DNA from: Candidatus Baldrarchaeum yapensis
Lineage (GTDB): Archaea; Asgardarchaeota; Baldrarchaeia; Baldrarchaeales; Baldrarchaeaceae
DNA: 17,709 nucleotides
Assembly (NCBI GenBank): GCA_016840465.1
Contig: JAEOSH010000048.1
Location: 1-17,709, forward strand
Direction of reading: 5' to 3'
Shown here: one piece after another, positions 1 to 8,092 of the stretch
Position numbering within the stretch: the first letter of the stretch is position 1
Layout of the letters: each line of letters begins with the position of its first letter
The notes under the pieces: model-generated
The model's database searches: none
Told to the model about the DNA's origin: nothing
Seen by the model: the letters and a program-made list of their open reading frames with translations, nothing else
Program-made: the position numbers and the translations under genes

Positions 1-28
1 CTATAAACTCATGCGCATAAAGTGGCCG

Positions 29-949
29 CTAGTAAACAAAGGTCAACCAGTGAAGGTACCTCTCATCTCTACCTCTTACAACATCGAAGAACTTCCTCTG
101 GAGCGCCCTCGTCACGAGACCCGGCTTTCCGTCCCCTATCTTCCTCCCATCTATTTCGACCACCGGCGTCACCTCGGCAGCGGTCCCCGTGAAGAACACC
201 TCATCTGCGCCGTAAAGTTCGGTCTTCGTGATGTCCTTTTCGACAACTTCGTATCCCATGTCTCTCGCGAGTGTCATGACGGTATCCCTAGTTACTCCCA
301 CGAGTATACTGGCATGTACGGGCGGCGTGTATATTTTTCCATCCTTTACCACGAATATGTTCTCTCCGCTCCCTTCCGAGACGAATCCCCTGTGATCCAG
401 GAGTATTGCCTCGTTGGCTCCCCGCTCGACAGCCTCCATCTTCGCGAGATAACTGTTAGTGTAGTGGCCCGAAACCTTCGCCATCATCGGAAGCATGTTA
501 GGCGCGGGTTTCACCCAGCTGGAAGTGATGACTCTCGCCCCCTCCTCCAGCGCCTTTCCGAGGTAGGCTCCCCACCTCCACGCCATTATTGCGACGTTCA
601 CAGGAGCGTCCTTGGGGTATACATCCATGCTACCGAAGCCCTTGTAGACAAGGGGGCGGATGTAGCAGTCTTCGAACTCGTTTGCCCGAACCACCTCTAT
701 GCACGCCCTCATTATTTCCTCCTTGGTGTAAGGGATCTCCATCTTGTACACGCCCGCCGAGAAGAATAGCCTGTCTATGTGCTCCTTAAGCCTGAATATT
801 GCAGGCCCGTTCTCCGTTTTGTAGCAACGTATTCCCTCGAAGACCGCCGAGCCGTAATGGAGTGCATGCACCATAATGTGGACCTTTGCGTTTTCCCAGG
901 GCACCAACTCGCCATCCATCCAGACATATTTTGATCTCAATTCCATCAT
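29..949 (-). CDS. ilvE: Branched-chain amino acid aminotransferase (fold type IV PLP enzyme)
   Basis: Motifs ALHYGSAVFEGIRCY, YIRP, KVSGHYTNSYLAKMEA, EGSGENIF, LVGVTR, EVFFTGTAAEVTPV. Start moved from the ORF-track 985 to ATG ATG at 949/946 (MMELRSKYVWMDG), which follows GGAAGTGA. Confidence 0.95.
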   Translation of the reverse strand: MMELRSKYVWMDGELVPWENAKVHIMVHALHYGSAVFEGIRCYKTENGPAIFRLKEHIDRLFFSAGVYKMEIPYTKEEIMRACIEVVRANEFEDCYIRPLVYKGFGSMDVYPKDAPVNVAIMAWRWGAYLGKALEEGARVITSSWVKPAPNMLPMMAKVSGHYTNSYLAKMEAVERGANEAILLDHRGFVSEGSGENIFVVKDGKIYTPPVHASILVGVTRDTVMTLARDMGYEVVEKDITKTELYGADEVFFTGTAAEVTPVVEIDGRKIGDGKPGLVTRALQRKFFDVVRGRDERYLHWLTFVY

Positions 950-1055
950 ACTGATCACTTCCACCATGCCATAATCTGCGTACAATCAAGCGAGCAACAA
1001 ATATGACGCCATATACTGGTACTCTATCCCACAAAAAACGAGTATATGTAATTTC

Positions 1056-1075
1056 TGGGCAACATGATGTGCCTA
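1056..1075. promoter_or_regulatory. Imperfect palindrome TGGGCA-N8-TGCCTA, candidate Tar-like operator upstream of ilvE
   Basis: Halves are 5/6 self-complementary with an 8-nt spacer; 9/12 match to TGGACA-N8-TGTCCA. On the minus strand it is followed by GAAA and a weak TATA-like TTACATAT (1051-1044). Confidence 0.5.
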
Positions 1076-1077
1076 AA

Positions 1078-1097
1078 TGGATCAGACATATTATCCG
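1078..1097. promoter_or_regulatory. Second, weaker Tar-like box TGGATC-N8-TATCCG in tandem with the first
   Basis: Core GGAT-N10-ATCC; 8/12 match to TGGACA-N8-TGTCCA; 2 nt from the first box. Confidence 0.3.
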
Positions 1098-1360
1098 TAC
1101 GATAAGCGACTCTTGTATGCTTTTTCGCGATTATTAACAAATATTAGCACAAATATAAAATTTCGATTGGAAAACCATTCTAAAAACTTTGATAGAGTGA
1201 TGCTGTTGGTGGAAACTGAAGGTAATGGAAGAAGGTCATTTAGGGACAGATCAACAATTGTTCTAGAGCCATCGTACGAGGTTGTCTGTGCGTAGTTCAG
1301 CGTATTTATGAGTAACCTGCTTGAGGTCTCGTTAGGGGAGAAAGCCTGTTTTAATAACAT
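1091..1360 (-). CDS. Possible hypothetical protein (89 aa), doubtful
   Basis: ATG-initiated ORF in AT-rich DNA with no recognisable motif; a competing plus-strand ORF (1077-1295) overlaps it. Confidence 0.2.
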   Translation of the reverse strand: MLLKQAFSPNETSSRLLINTLNYAQTTSYDGSRTIVDLSLNDLLPLPSVSTNSITLSKFLEWFSNRNFIFVLIFVNNREKAYKSRLSYG

Positions 1361-1692
1361 ATTACTTTCCCTGGGCTTTGGTCCTTTTTATTATCAAATA
1401 TTGAACGTCTTTTAGCCGAAGAGAGCATGAATAGGCGAGAAACAGTTTTGCTAGGAGTAGAAGAGAAGGTGTCGAAAATTAGTTGGGGGTAGGGGGCTTA
1501 TAGGCATGATGATAGGAACTGGTGGTAGAATCTATATACTCTATGTTTGTTCGCATGCTTGTGATCGTGGTTTTGGTACTGTTGCTACTTCTGTGGGTGG
1601 AGCATTGGAGCAGTTAAAATAGTCGAAAAAACTTAGGATCGCTTTGCTTTGAGAGGAACTAGTGGAAAATGAGAGGTTTGAGAGAAGACAGG

Positions 1693-2391
1693 TTAAGCTG
1701 GTGGTTTTGCTTTTAGCCATGATTCTCTGAGGATTCTTGTGAGTAAGTCTATGTAAGGTGTCATTGTTGAAGCTACTCCCTTGATTTCTTCTTCAATACA
1801 GGCGAAAACCACTTCCTCCCTATCTCTACTAACACCTATGCACTCTAATTCTGGTAAAATTTTCACTTTAATGTTGTCAATTTCGGTTAGTTTTGATACC
1901 TGATCCGTTAACTTATCTGTAACTATTTGAACGCTTACCGTCGGTTTAACGGTGCTAAAGGCGCTTAACACATTTTCCATGTCTGCTGGTACAACGGCGA
2001 AAAGAGAGGATTTAGCTTTTCCCACTACATCTATCATATATTGCTCAACGGTTCTCCTATCTGGCAACACGAAGATATCGGTAGCTTCTGAGAATCTATC
2101 AATAATATCCCTTAGTGGAGAGATTCTCCTTTTAACTTCACTTTTTACTGTTCCAAAAGTTTTTTCGATTTCTCCTAAGCCTCTATTAACAACTTCGTTT
2201 CTAAATTCTTCGGTAAATTGTTCCATCTTGCTTTTTGCTTCTTCAGCTAATCCCCTAAAAATTTTTGTTATTTCAGCCATAATTGACGATAAAAGTTTTG
2301 TCAATTCGTTTTCAAAAGCTTCTATTTTTTCCTTAAGTTCTTCTACGTCTCTCTTAGATCCTAAAACTATTTTGCCCTTTTCTGACAACAT
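1693..2391 (-). CDS. Protein with an N-terminal helical/coiled-coil region and a C-terminal TrmB-effector/PLD-like alpha-beta domain; no HTH
   Basis: 232 aa ORF in AT-rich DNA, preceded by GGGGGAAGA and TTATATA about 20 nt upstream. Residues ~15-100 are E/K-rich amphipathic helix. The C-terminal part (VVGKAKSSLFAVVP...VQIVTD...VKILP...IGVSRDREEVVF...GVAS...LRESWLKA) follows the pattern of TrmB sugar-binding-like domains. Confidence 0.75.
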   Translation of the reverse strand: MLSEKGKIVLGSKRDVEELKEKIEAFENELTKLLSSIMAEITKIFRGLAEEAKSKMEQFTEEFRNEVVNRGLGEIEKTFGTVKSEVKRRISPLRDIIDRFSEATDIFVLPDRRTVEQYMIDVVGKAKSSLFAVVPADMENVLSAFSTVKPTVSVQIVTDKLTDQVSKLTEIDNIKVKILPELECIGVSRDREEVVFACIEEEIKGVASTMTPYIDLLTRILRESWLKAKPPA

Positions 2392-2405
2392 TCTTCCCCC
2401 AAATG

Positions 2406-2423
2406 TTGTAGTATATAATACAA
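2406..2423. promoter_or_regulatory. Near-perfect palindrome TTGTAGTATATAATACAA overlapping the TATA box of the 1693-2391 gene
   Basis: 16 of 18 positions are self-complementary; contains TTATATA on the minus strand. Confidence 0.5.
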
Positions 2424-2854
2424 AAAGTTGTAATCATATGGCATGAAAATATCATGTATAACTATCCTAATTAAAATTTTTCATCAAAAAGGAGACTGTT
2501 TCATAATTTTACAAAAGACGAGGTGTCTTCGTGGATTGTAGTCGGTTTAGCATGCGTTGTAGCGCTACGACCTAACGTTTTTCACCACTATATCATTATG
2601 CAGAAAGAAAAAAGCAAAGAAAAGTTAGAAACTTATAATTTTACAGAAACGAAACAGCACCATTCAAAGAAAAAACCAAAATCATTACCTTTCTAACCGT
2701 TACAACTATAACCGTAACTGAAAACAGCATAAAAACCTTTGTTCCTAATCTTTTTTATGATACACCTAATCATTTGTCGCCAAATCGTTTTCCAGAATTG
2801 ACAAAATAATTACTCTAATATACCATTATGCTATTATATAATCATGTGATGATT

Positions 2855-3094
2855 ATGAAGAAGTTCTCGACAATTCCGGTTTCCGTTGAAGTTAAAAAAA
2901 TTCTTGAGAAGGCAAAAGGAGAAAGAACTTGGGACGAATTCCTAATATCTTTACTAAAAACTGCAAATTTGGCAAGACGGCTGCATGCCGCAGAGGAGTT
3001 GGAAAAAAGATTCGATGATGATCTCGAGAGAGCAATAAAGGAATCGATCGAGGAATCCAGGAGGAGGTTGAGATTCAGAGAGCCAGATTCGTAA
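2855..3094 (+). CDS. vapB: VapB-type antitoxin
   Basis: MKKFSTIPVSVEVKKILEKAKGERTWDEFL...RLRFR pattern of archaeal antitoxins; directly upstream of and overlapping a PIN gene. ORF-track start 2828 spans the TTATATAA box (2834-2841), so ATG 2849 or 2855 is more likely. Confidence 0.8.
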   Translation: MKKFSTIPVSVEVKKILEKAKGERTWDEFLISLLKTANLARRLHAAEELEKRFDDDLERAIKESIEESRRRLRFREPDS

Positions 3095-3504
3095 TAGATA
3101 CGGATGTACTCATATTCCTTGTCCGGAACAAACTTCTCAGAAAGGTAATTGAAGTACACGATCTATGCATAACTTTTGTGACCATGTATGAGTATTTGCG
3201 GGGCTCTGTGCTCGCGAACAGAGACCCTTTAGAGGAGAAAAGGTTGCTTGAGGACGCATTTGAGATATTGTGGCCCGACAATCAGTTCGTACTGAAGCTA
3301 TCGGAGATATGGGCGAAACTTAAGAAAAAGGGGATGTTGATCGACGATCGAGACCTGATGATAGGAGTTCTTTCAATAGTTCGCGACATTCCACTATGCA
3401 CGTTTAACAAGTCGCATTTCAGCAGGCTTCAGGAATTCAACCTAAAGCTGATAGATATCAAGGATATTCTCGCAGAAGTAGGCGGATTACCCAGTACTAG
3501 ATAA
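3073..3504 (+). CDS. vapC: VapC PIN-domain toxin
   Basis: The frame is open well upstream of the ORF-track start 3178 and encodes RFVIDTDVLIF, then TMYEYLRG, IDDRDLMIG and TFNKSHF. No ATG/GTG/TTG precedes the DTD motif. Start placed at ATT 3073, 4 nt after GGAGGAGGT. Confidence 0.88.
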   Translation: MQRARFVIDTDVLIFLVRNKLLRKVIEVHDLCITFVTMYEYLRGSVLANRDPLEEKRLLEDAFEILWPDNQFVLKLSEIWAKLKKKGMLIDDRDLMIGVLSIVRDIPLCTFNKSHFSRLQEFNLKLIDIKDILAEVGGLPSTR

Positions 3505-3669
3505 CCACCTTGATAGGCAGTCGAAGATCCTCATGATTTGGCAATAGAGATTTTAGAACGGTAATTAGGACGTGAGGGTTGTATTAAGGAGTGGAGACGT
3601 GAGCAAATCGCCATCCGAAATGAGTATCGAAAAAGGGCTCCACTTTGATACTATTAATAAAATAATTGG

Positions 3670-4470
3670 TTATCTGCTCCTACTAAGGTTCTCCCTCAGA
3701 TTCTTAAGCAACGATGAGAGTTCATGAATGTTCTTAACCGCATCTAAAAGCTGGCATGCAAAGTTAAGAAACTTCCTAATCGCAACACGCGAATGCCGAC
3801 TATTCAGCAGTGAAAACACAAGTTCATCGCTATCATCCAGTATCTCCCTCGTGTGGGAAATTAGTCTCTTAAATGAGGGGCCTGCAAACTTTTCGAGTTT
3901 CCTCACACCCTCCCTACAGACAAAATACCCATAGAGCAACCCTATGAAGTATGGGAGCGCTATCGTTACTGCAACCGTCCGATCGTGAAACTCGGGATCT
4001 GCTATCACAATATCAGCGCCCAAAAGGCTAAATAAATCTATTACGAACTTGCAGTCCTCGCATCTTCCGTCCACCGGGATGACCACGATTTTTCGAGACT
4101 TGAAACTGTCTGCAGTCCTCCCAAAGAGGGGATGTACACTACACACCTTGACGCTTTTCGGAAATTTCTTGAGTACGGGAATTATGCTCCCCTTCAGTGA
4201 CGCTATGTCGATTATTATCTTCCCCCTCAGTCCACGCCTCTGAACGATTTCACGAACATCCTCTAGAACCTCGGAGGTTACGTCTATCGGCGTCGCAATG
4301 AGTATGACATCACTGTTCACCACAAGATCCTCCAGCGTTGAGTACACGACCCCCCAGAAATCCTTGACCTTCGAGGGATCTATGTCATAGACACCGATTT
4401 CAAAGTGATCCTTAAGTTTCTCTGCAAACCATCTGCCCATTCTCCCGTATCCCACGATTCCCAGCCTCAT
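3670..4470 (-). CDS. tyrA: Prephenate (or arogenate) dehydrogenase, no ACT domain
   Basis: Rossmann GIVGYGRMG, DIASLKG, SVHPLFG; last gene of the aro operon; SD GGTGA 4 nt before ATG. Confidence 0.9.
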   Translation of the reverse strand: MRLGIVGYGRMGRWFAEKLKDHFEIGVYDIDPSKVKDFWGVVYSTLEDLVVNSDVILIATPIDVTSEVLEDVREIVQRRGLRGKIIIDIASLKGSIIPVLKKFPKSVKVCSVHPLFGRTADSFKSRKIVVIPVDGRCEDCKFVIDLFSLLGADIVIADPEFHDRTVAVTIALPYFIGLLYGYFVCREGVRKLEKFAGPSFKRLISHTREILDDSDELVFSLLNSRHSRVAIRKFLNFACQLLDAVKNIHELSSLLKNLRENLSRSR

Positions 4471-4474
4471 GCGA

Positions 4475-5536
4475 TCACCGTCCGCTACATTCCTCCGCGA
4501 CCATGTTCATTCTCCTGAACGCCTCCTCCAATCTATCAGATACGAGTGATACCCTTACGAACTGCTTGTAATTTCCAAACGCCTCTCCCGGAAATACGCT
4601 GACACCCTGCTTGAGCAGTTTATATGTGAATTCGGTTCCCGAGATTCCAGCCTTAATCTTAGGAAATATGTATATTGCGCCATCCGGCTCCACAAACTCG
4701 AAGAACTTCCTGCCAAGCGTTTTCTTCGCTGCTTCAACCCTCCTCTTATAAATGTCGGATACTATTCTCCTGACTTCATCGATTACCTCGAGGGCCTTGA
4801 GGGCCGCCGCCTGTACAAATCCGGGAACGCACGTCACGGTGGCCTCTATGAACCTCTGGATTTTCTTGATGATCTCCCTGTTCGCGATAGCGAAGCCTAT
4901 TCGAAAGCCCGTCATGCTGAACGTCTTCGAAAAACTGTGCACGAACACTCCCTTTTCATAGTTGAAGTCAAGTATTGAGGAGAACCTCGAGTTGAATAGA
5001 ATGTCCCTGTAAACCTCATCCGATACGACGGTGATTCCCCTTTCAGACGCTACATCTAGGAGCTCTCTCATCTTGCTCCGTGGAAGTGCGACACCCGTCG
5101 GATTGTTCGGATAGTTTATGATCACGAGATCGACCTCGTCATCCATTTCGGTAAAGTCCGGAACCCATCTGCCCTCCATCGAGGTCTCCAAGACCTGAAT
5201 CTTCTTGCCGAAAAGAGATGCCATATGGACGTATGCGGGCCAGAAAGGTGCAATAACCGCAATCTTTCTCGAAAAGAACACCTGCGACGCTATTAGGAGT
5301 TTCGATCCCGGCGATATTATTACCTCTTCCGCGTCAACATCATATAGTTCCGCGATCCTTTCCCGCAACTCCCTTATTCCAACCGTGGAGACGTACTCCG
5401 TCTCGCCCCTCCTGATGGAGTCGAACATTGCCCCGATGATTCTCTCATCGACCCTGATGTCCGGTTGCCCCGCGTCTAGCCTTATCTCAACATCGGACTC
5501 GGATAGCTTGTTGAAAAACTCGTAGACGTTAAACAA
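4475..5536 (-). CDS. Class I/II PLP aminotransferase (AspC-like, likely aromatic aminotransferase)
   Basis: NYPNNPTG, SDEVY, SFSKTFSMTGFRIG motifs; TTG start abutting the chorismate mutase stop. Confidence 0.9.
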   Translation of the reverse strand: MFNVYEFFNKLSESDVEIRLDAGQPDIRVDERIIGAMFDSIRRGETEYVSTVGIRELRERIAELYDVDAEEVIISPGSKLLIASQVFFSRKIAVIAPFWPAYVHMASLFGKKIQVLETSMEGRWVPDFTEMDDEVDLVIINYPNNPTGVALPRSKMRELLDVASERGITVVSDEVYRDILFNSRFSSILDFNYEKGVFVHSFSKTFSMTGFRIGFAIANREIIKKIQRFIEATVTCVPGFVQAAALKALEVIDEVRRIVSDIYKRRVEAAKKTLGRKFFEFVEPDGAIYIFPKIKAGISGTEFTYKLLKQGVSVFPGEAFGNYKQFVRVSLVSDRLEEAFRRMNMVAEECSGR

Positions 5537-5779
5537 TCACCCATCACCCTGTAACCTTATCGACAGCCTCAAAATCTCCCTAAAAACGTCCCTGTAGATT
5601 CCTGCCCTTCGTAAAACGTGCTCCTCCCTCTTCGGGTCTCTGATGTCCAACCCTATCCTCCTCTTCAACTCCCTGATCTCCCTCACAAGCTTCATCCTCC
5701 TATCGAGCAATCTTATTATCTCCTCGTCTATCCTGTCGATCTCCCGCCTGAGCTCCAGTATCCTCTCCAACTCAACCAC
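5537..5779 (-). CDS. aroQ: Monofunctional chorismate mutase (AroQ class)
   Basis: LRREIDRIDEEIIRLLDRRMKL...IRDPKREEHVL signature. Start is GTG 5779, or TTG 5770 after SD GAGGTG. Confidence 0.9.
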   Translation of the reverse strand: MVELERILELRREIDRIDEEIIRLLDRRMKLVREIRELKRRIGLDIRDPKREEHVLRRAGIYRDVFREILRLSIRLQGDG

Positions 5780-6834
5780 CTCAGGAGGTGATCCGTCAAA
5801 ACTATCGCGAAAACCGCCTCTACGACTGGCACTGCCCGTATCGCGATACAGGTATCAAACCTCCCCCTCAGTTTCAAATCTACCTCTCTCATCTCCCGGA
5901 GATTCACGCTCCTCTGCGGTTTCAGGATGGACGGCGTGGGCTTTATCACAACTCTGAACCTTATAGGTGCACCGTTGCTCATTCCCCCGAGTATTCCACC
6001 TGCATTATTCGTTCTGAACTCCACCCTCCCATCCCTAACTGTAAGCTGATCGTTGGCCTCGCTCCCCCTCATTTGTGCGAGTCTGAATCCCGCCCCGAAT
6101 TCTATGCCCTTGACTGCCGGTATCACGAACATCGCCTTTGCAAGATCCCCGTCTAAGGTATCTATCGGGGGCTCCCCGAGACCCACCGGGACGTTAAGCG
6201 CCACCGCCTCGATGATCCCCCCGATACTATCCCCCTCATTCTTAATATCGCGCAAAAGGTCTACTATTCCTCTGGAAGCTTCCAGGTCCGGGCATGCAAC
6301 TGGGCTCTTGGGGAGGTTTTCCCTAATTTCCTCAAGAGTCATGTCTTCCCTCATGCGGACGTTTCCTATTTGAAAAACGTACGCCAGTACCTCTATTCCG
6401 AATTTTTCGAGAACTTTCTTTGCAATAGACCCTGCGGCAACAAGCGCGGCCGTTATTCTACCCGAGAAGATCCCCCCACCCCTATAATCGTTGAAACCGA
6501 AGTACTTAATTCTGGCAACATAATCCGCGTGTCCCGGCCTCGGAATGTCCTTTATCTTCTCGTAGGGTGCGGAGTCGACGTCTCGATTCCATACGACTAT
6601 TGTTATGGGCGCGCCCGTTGTCCGCCCGTTGAAGACCCCGGATAGGATTGTAAAATCGTCCTCTTCATCCCTAGGACTGGAGAACTCGTCCTTTCCGGGC
6701 CTCCTCCTCTCGAGATCTCTCCTTATGTCGTCGGGGTTCACCTCTATTCCGGGAGGGCATCCCTCTATCACGGCGCCCACGCATTTCCCGTGGCTCTCTC
6801 CGAATATCGAGACCCTGAACGCCTTCCCTATCAT
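5728..6834 (-). CDS. aroC: Chorismate synthase
   Basis: FGESHG, PRPGHAD, RGGG, GDSIGG, IPAVKGIEFGAG, NNAGGILGGMSNG, KPTPSI; ATGA overlap with aroA. Confidence 0.97.
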   Translation of the reverse strand: MIGKAFRVSIFGESHGKCVGAVIEGCPPGIEVNPDDIRRDLERRRPGKDEFSSPRDEEDDFTILSGVFNGRTTGAPITIVVWNRDVDSAPYEKIKDIPRPGHADYVARIKYFGFNDYRGGGIFSGRITAALVAAGSIAKKVLEKFGIEVLAYVFQIGNVRMREDMTLEEIRENLPKSPVACPDLEASRGIVDLLRDIKNEGDSIGGIIEAVALNVPVGLGEPPIDTLDGDLAKAMFVIPAVKGIEFGAGFRLAQMRGSEANDQLTVRDGRVEFRTNNAGGILGGMSNGAPIRFRVVIKPTPSILKPQRSVNLREMREVDLKLRGRFDTCIAIRAVPVVEAVFAIVLTDHLLRWLSWRGYWSSGGRSTG

Positions 6835-8087
6835 TGGAACTCGACCCTCCCGCCGATTCTCATAAGATCGTTAAAGAACGCGGGATAGGAGTCCTGCACA
6901 CAATCTACTCCTAGGATCTTGCTCTCGCCCCTCGCACCCAGCGCCGCGATTACAAGCGCCATCGCTATCCTGTGATCCCCATATGAGTCCAGAACCGCAC
7001 CCCTTAACTCCCTATGCCCTTTGATTACGAGTCCATCTTCTCTTTCCTTAACATTTACTCCCATTCTTTTCAGGTTATCGGCGATCGCGCGTAACCTATC
7101 CGATTCCTTGTATCTGAGGTGATCAGCACCCGAAATTATTGTTGTTCCCCTAGCATAGGCGCCTAGGACGGATATTACGGGAACAAGATCTGGCGCGTCA
7201 CTGCAGTTCACATGTATTCCCTCTAGGTCTCCCCGGGATACTTCAATCACCTCCCCATGGATCTTGACATCCGCACCCATTTGACAGAGGACGTCGAGTA
7301 TCATCCGGTCCCCTTGGACGTCCCTCGGATCTAGGCCCCGCACCCTCACCTTGCCGTGCAAGGCTCCCGCCGCAAGTATGAACGCCGCAGAGGAATAGTC
7401 ACCCGGGATTTTGAACGTGGTGGGTATCGGGTTTTGCCTTTCGACGGAGAACCTCCTGTAATCTTCCCTATGTACCGATAGACCGAACCTCCTCATGGAC
7501 TTTATCGTTATATCCAGATAGGGACGCGACTTCGGCTCCGAAATGATCTCGATCTCGAGGCCCACCTTTGGCGCAACGATTAGGAGGGCCGTAATGAATT
7601 GTGATGAAACATCGCCTCTTACCTTCAAAGTACGGGACTTTATCTTGTCCCTTCCGCCTCGGACGAGTATGGGAAGTCTCCCCCCTTCGGAAAATTCCAC
7701 CTCTATTCCCATTTGAGACAGTGCCTCGATCATCGGAGACATAGGTCTCCTCCTTAAGGATGCGGACCCGTCTATCACCGTGGTTCCGTCAACTAGGGCG
7801 GCAATTGCCATTGAAATCCTCGCGGTGGTTCCCGAGTTTCCGCACCAGATGACATCTTTTGGCTGGACGGGATCTCCAACTCCGATAATCCTTTCCCAAG
7901 ACGCGTCAGCGCCGAACTCTCGTATCGCGCCCATGCTTGCCTCTGTGTCATTCGATATGAGGGGGTTCACTAATCTGGACTCTCCCTCCGCGAGCAGGGA
8001 AAGAAATAGAGCCCTGTGGGTGTAGCTCTTAGATGGCGGGGCCCTGACCTCCCCGCTTATTTCAGATGGGACGACCCTAACGTTCAC
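6831..8087 (-). CDS. aroA: EPSP synthase
   Basis: PPSKSYTHRAL, GNSGTT, RPM, SSQFITAL, GDYSSAAF, KESDRL, DHRIAM. Start moved to GTG 8087, 5 nt after SD GAGGTGA. Confidence 0.97.
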   Translation of the reverse strand: MNVRVVPSEISGEVRAPPSKSYTHRALFLSLLAEGESRLVNPLISNDTEASMGAIREFGADASWERIIGVGDPVQPKDVIWCGNSGTTARISMAIAALVDGTTVIDGSASLRRRPMSPMIEALSQMGIEVEFSEGGRLPILVRGGRDKIKSRTLKVRGDVSSQFITALLIVAPKVGLEIEIISEPKSRPYLDITIKSMRRFGLSVHREDYRRFSVERQNPIPTTFKIPGDYSSAAFILAAGALHGKVRVRGLDPRDVQGDRMILDVLCQMGADVKIHGEVIEVSRGDLEGIHVNCSDAPDLVPVISVLGAYARGTTIISGADHLRYKESDRLRAIADNLKRMGVNVKEREDGLVIKGHRELRGAVLDSYGDHRIAMALVIAALGARGESKILGVDCVQDSYPAFFNDLMRIGGRVEFQ

Positions 8088-8092
8088 GGTTA

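Noticed and set aside
11-769. 252-aa plus-strand ORF
   Set aside because: Antisense shadow of ilvE; no motifs.
1400-1690. Broken plus-strand frames in G/T-skewed DNA
   Set aside because: Multiple stops and no recognisable homology.
1952-2446. 164-aa Ser-rich plus-strand ORF
   Set aside because: Antisense of the E/K-rich 1693-2391 gene.
2635-2810. ORB-like words (TTACAGAAACGAAAC, TTCCAGAATTGAC) in AT-rich DNA suggesting a replication origin
   Set aside because: Poor match to the ORB consensus, no G-string, no orc1/cdc6 gene in the window.
3517-3648. Frame AVEDPHDLAIEILER*LGREGCIKEWRRE downstream of vapC
   Set aside because: No start codon or SD; resemblance to small antitoxin-like proteins is too vague.
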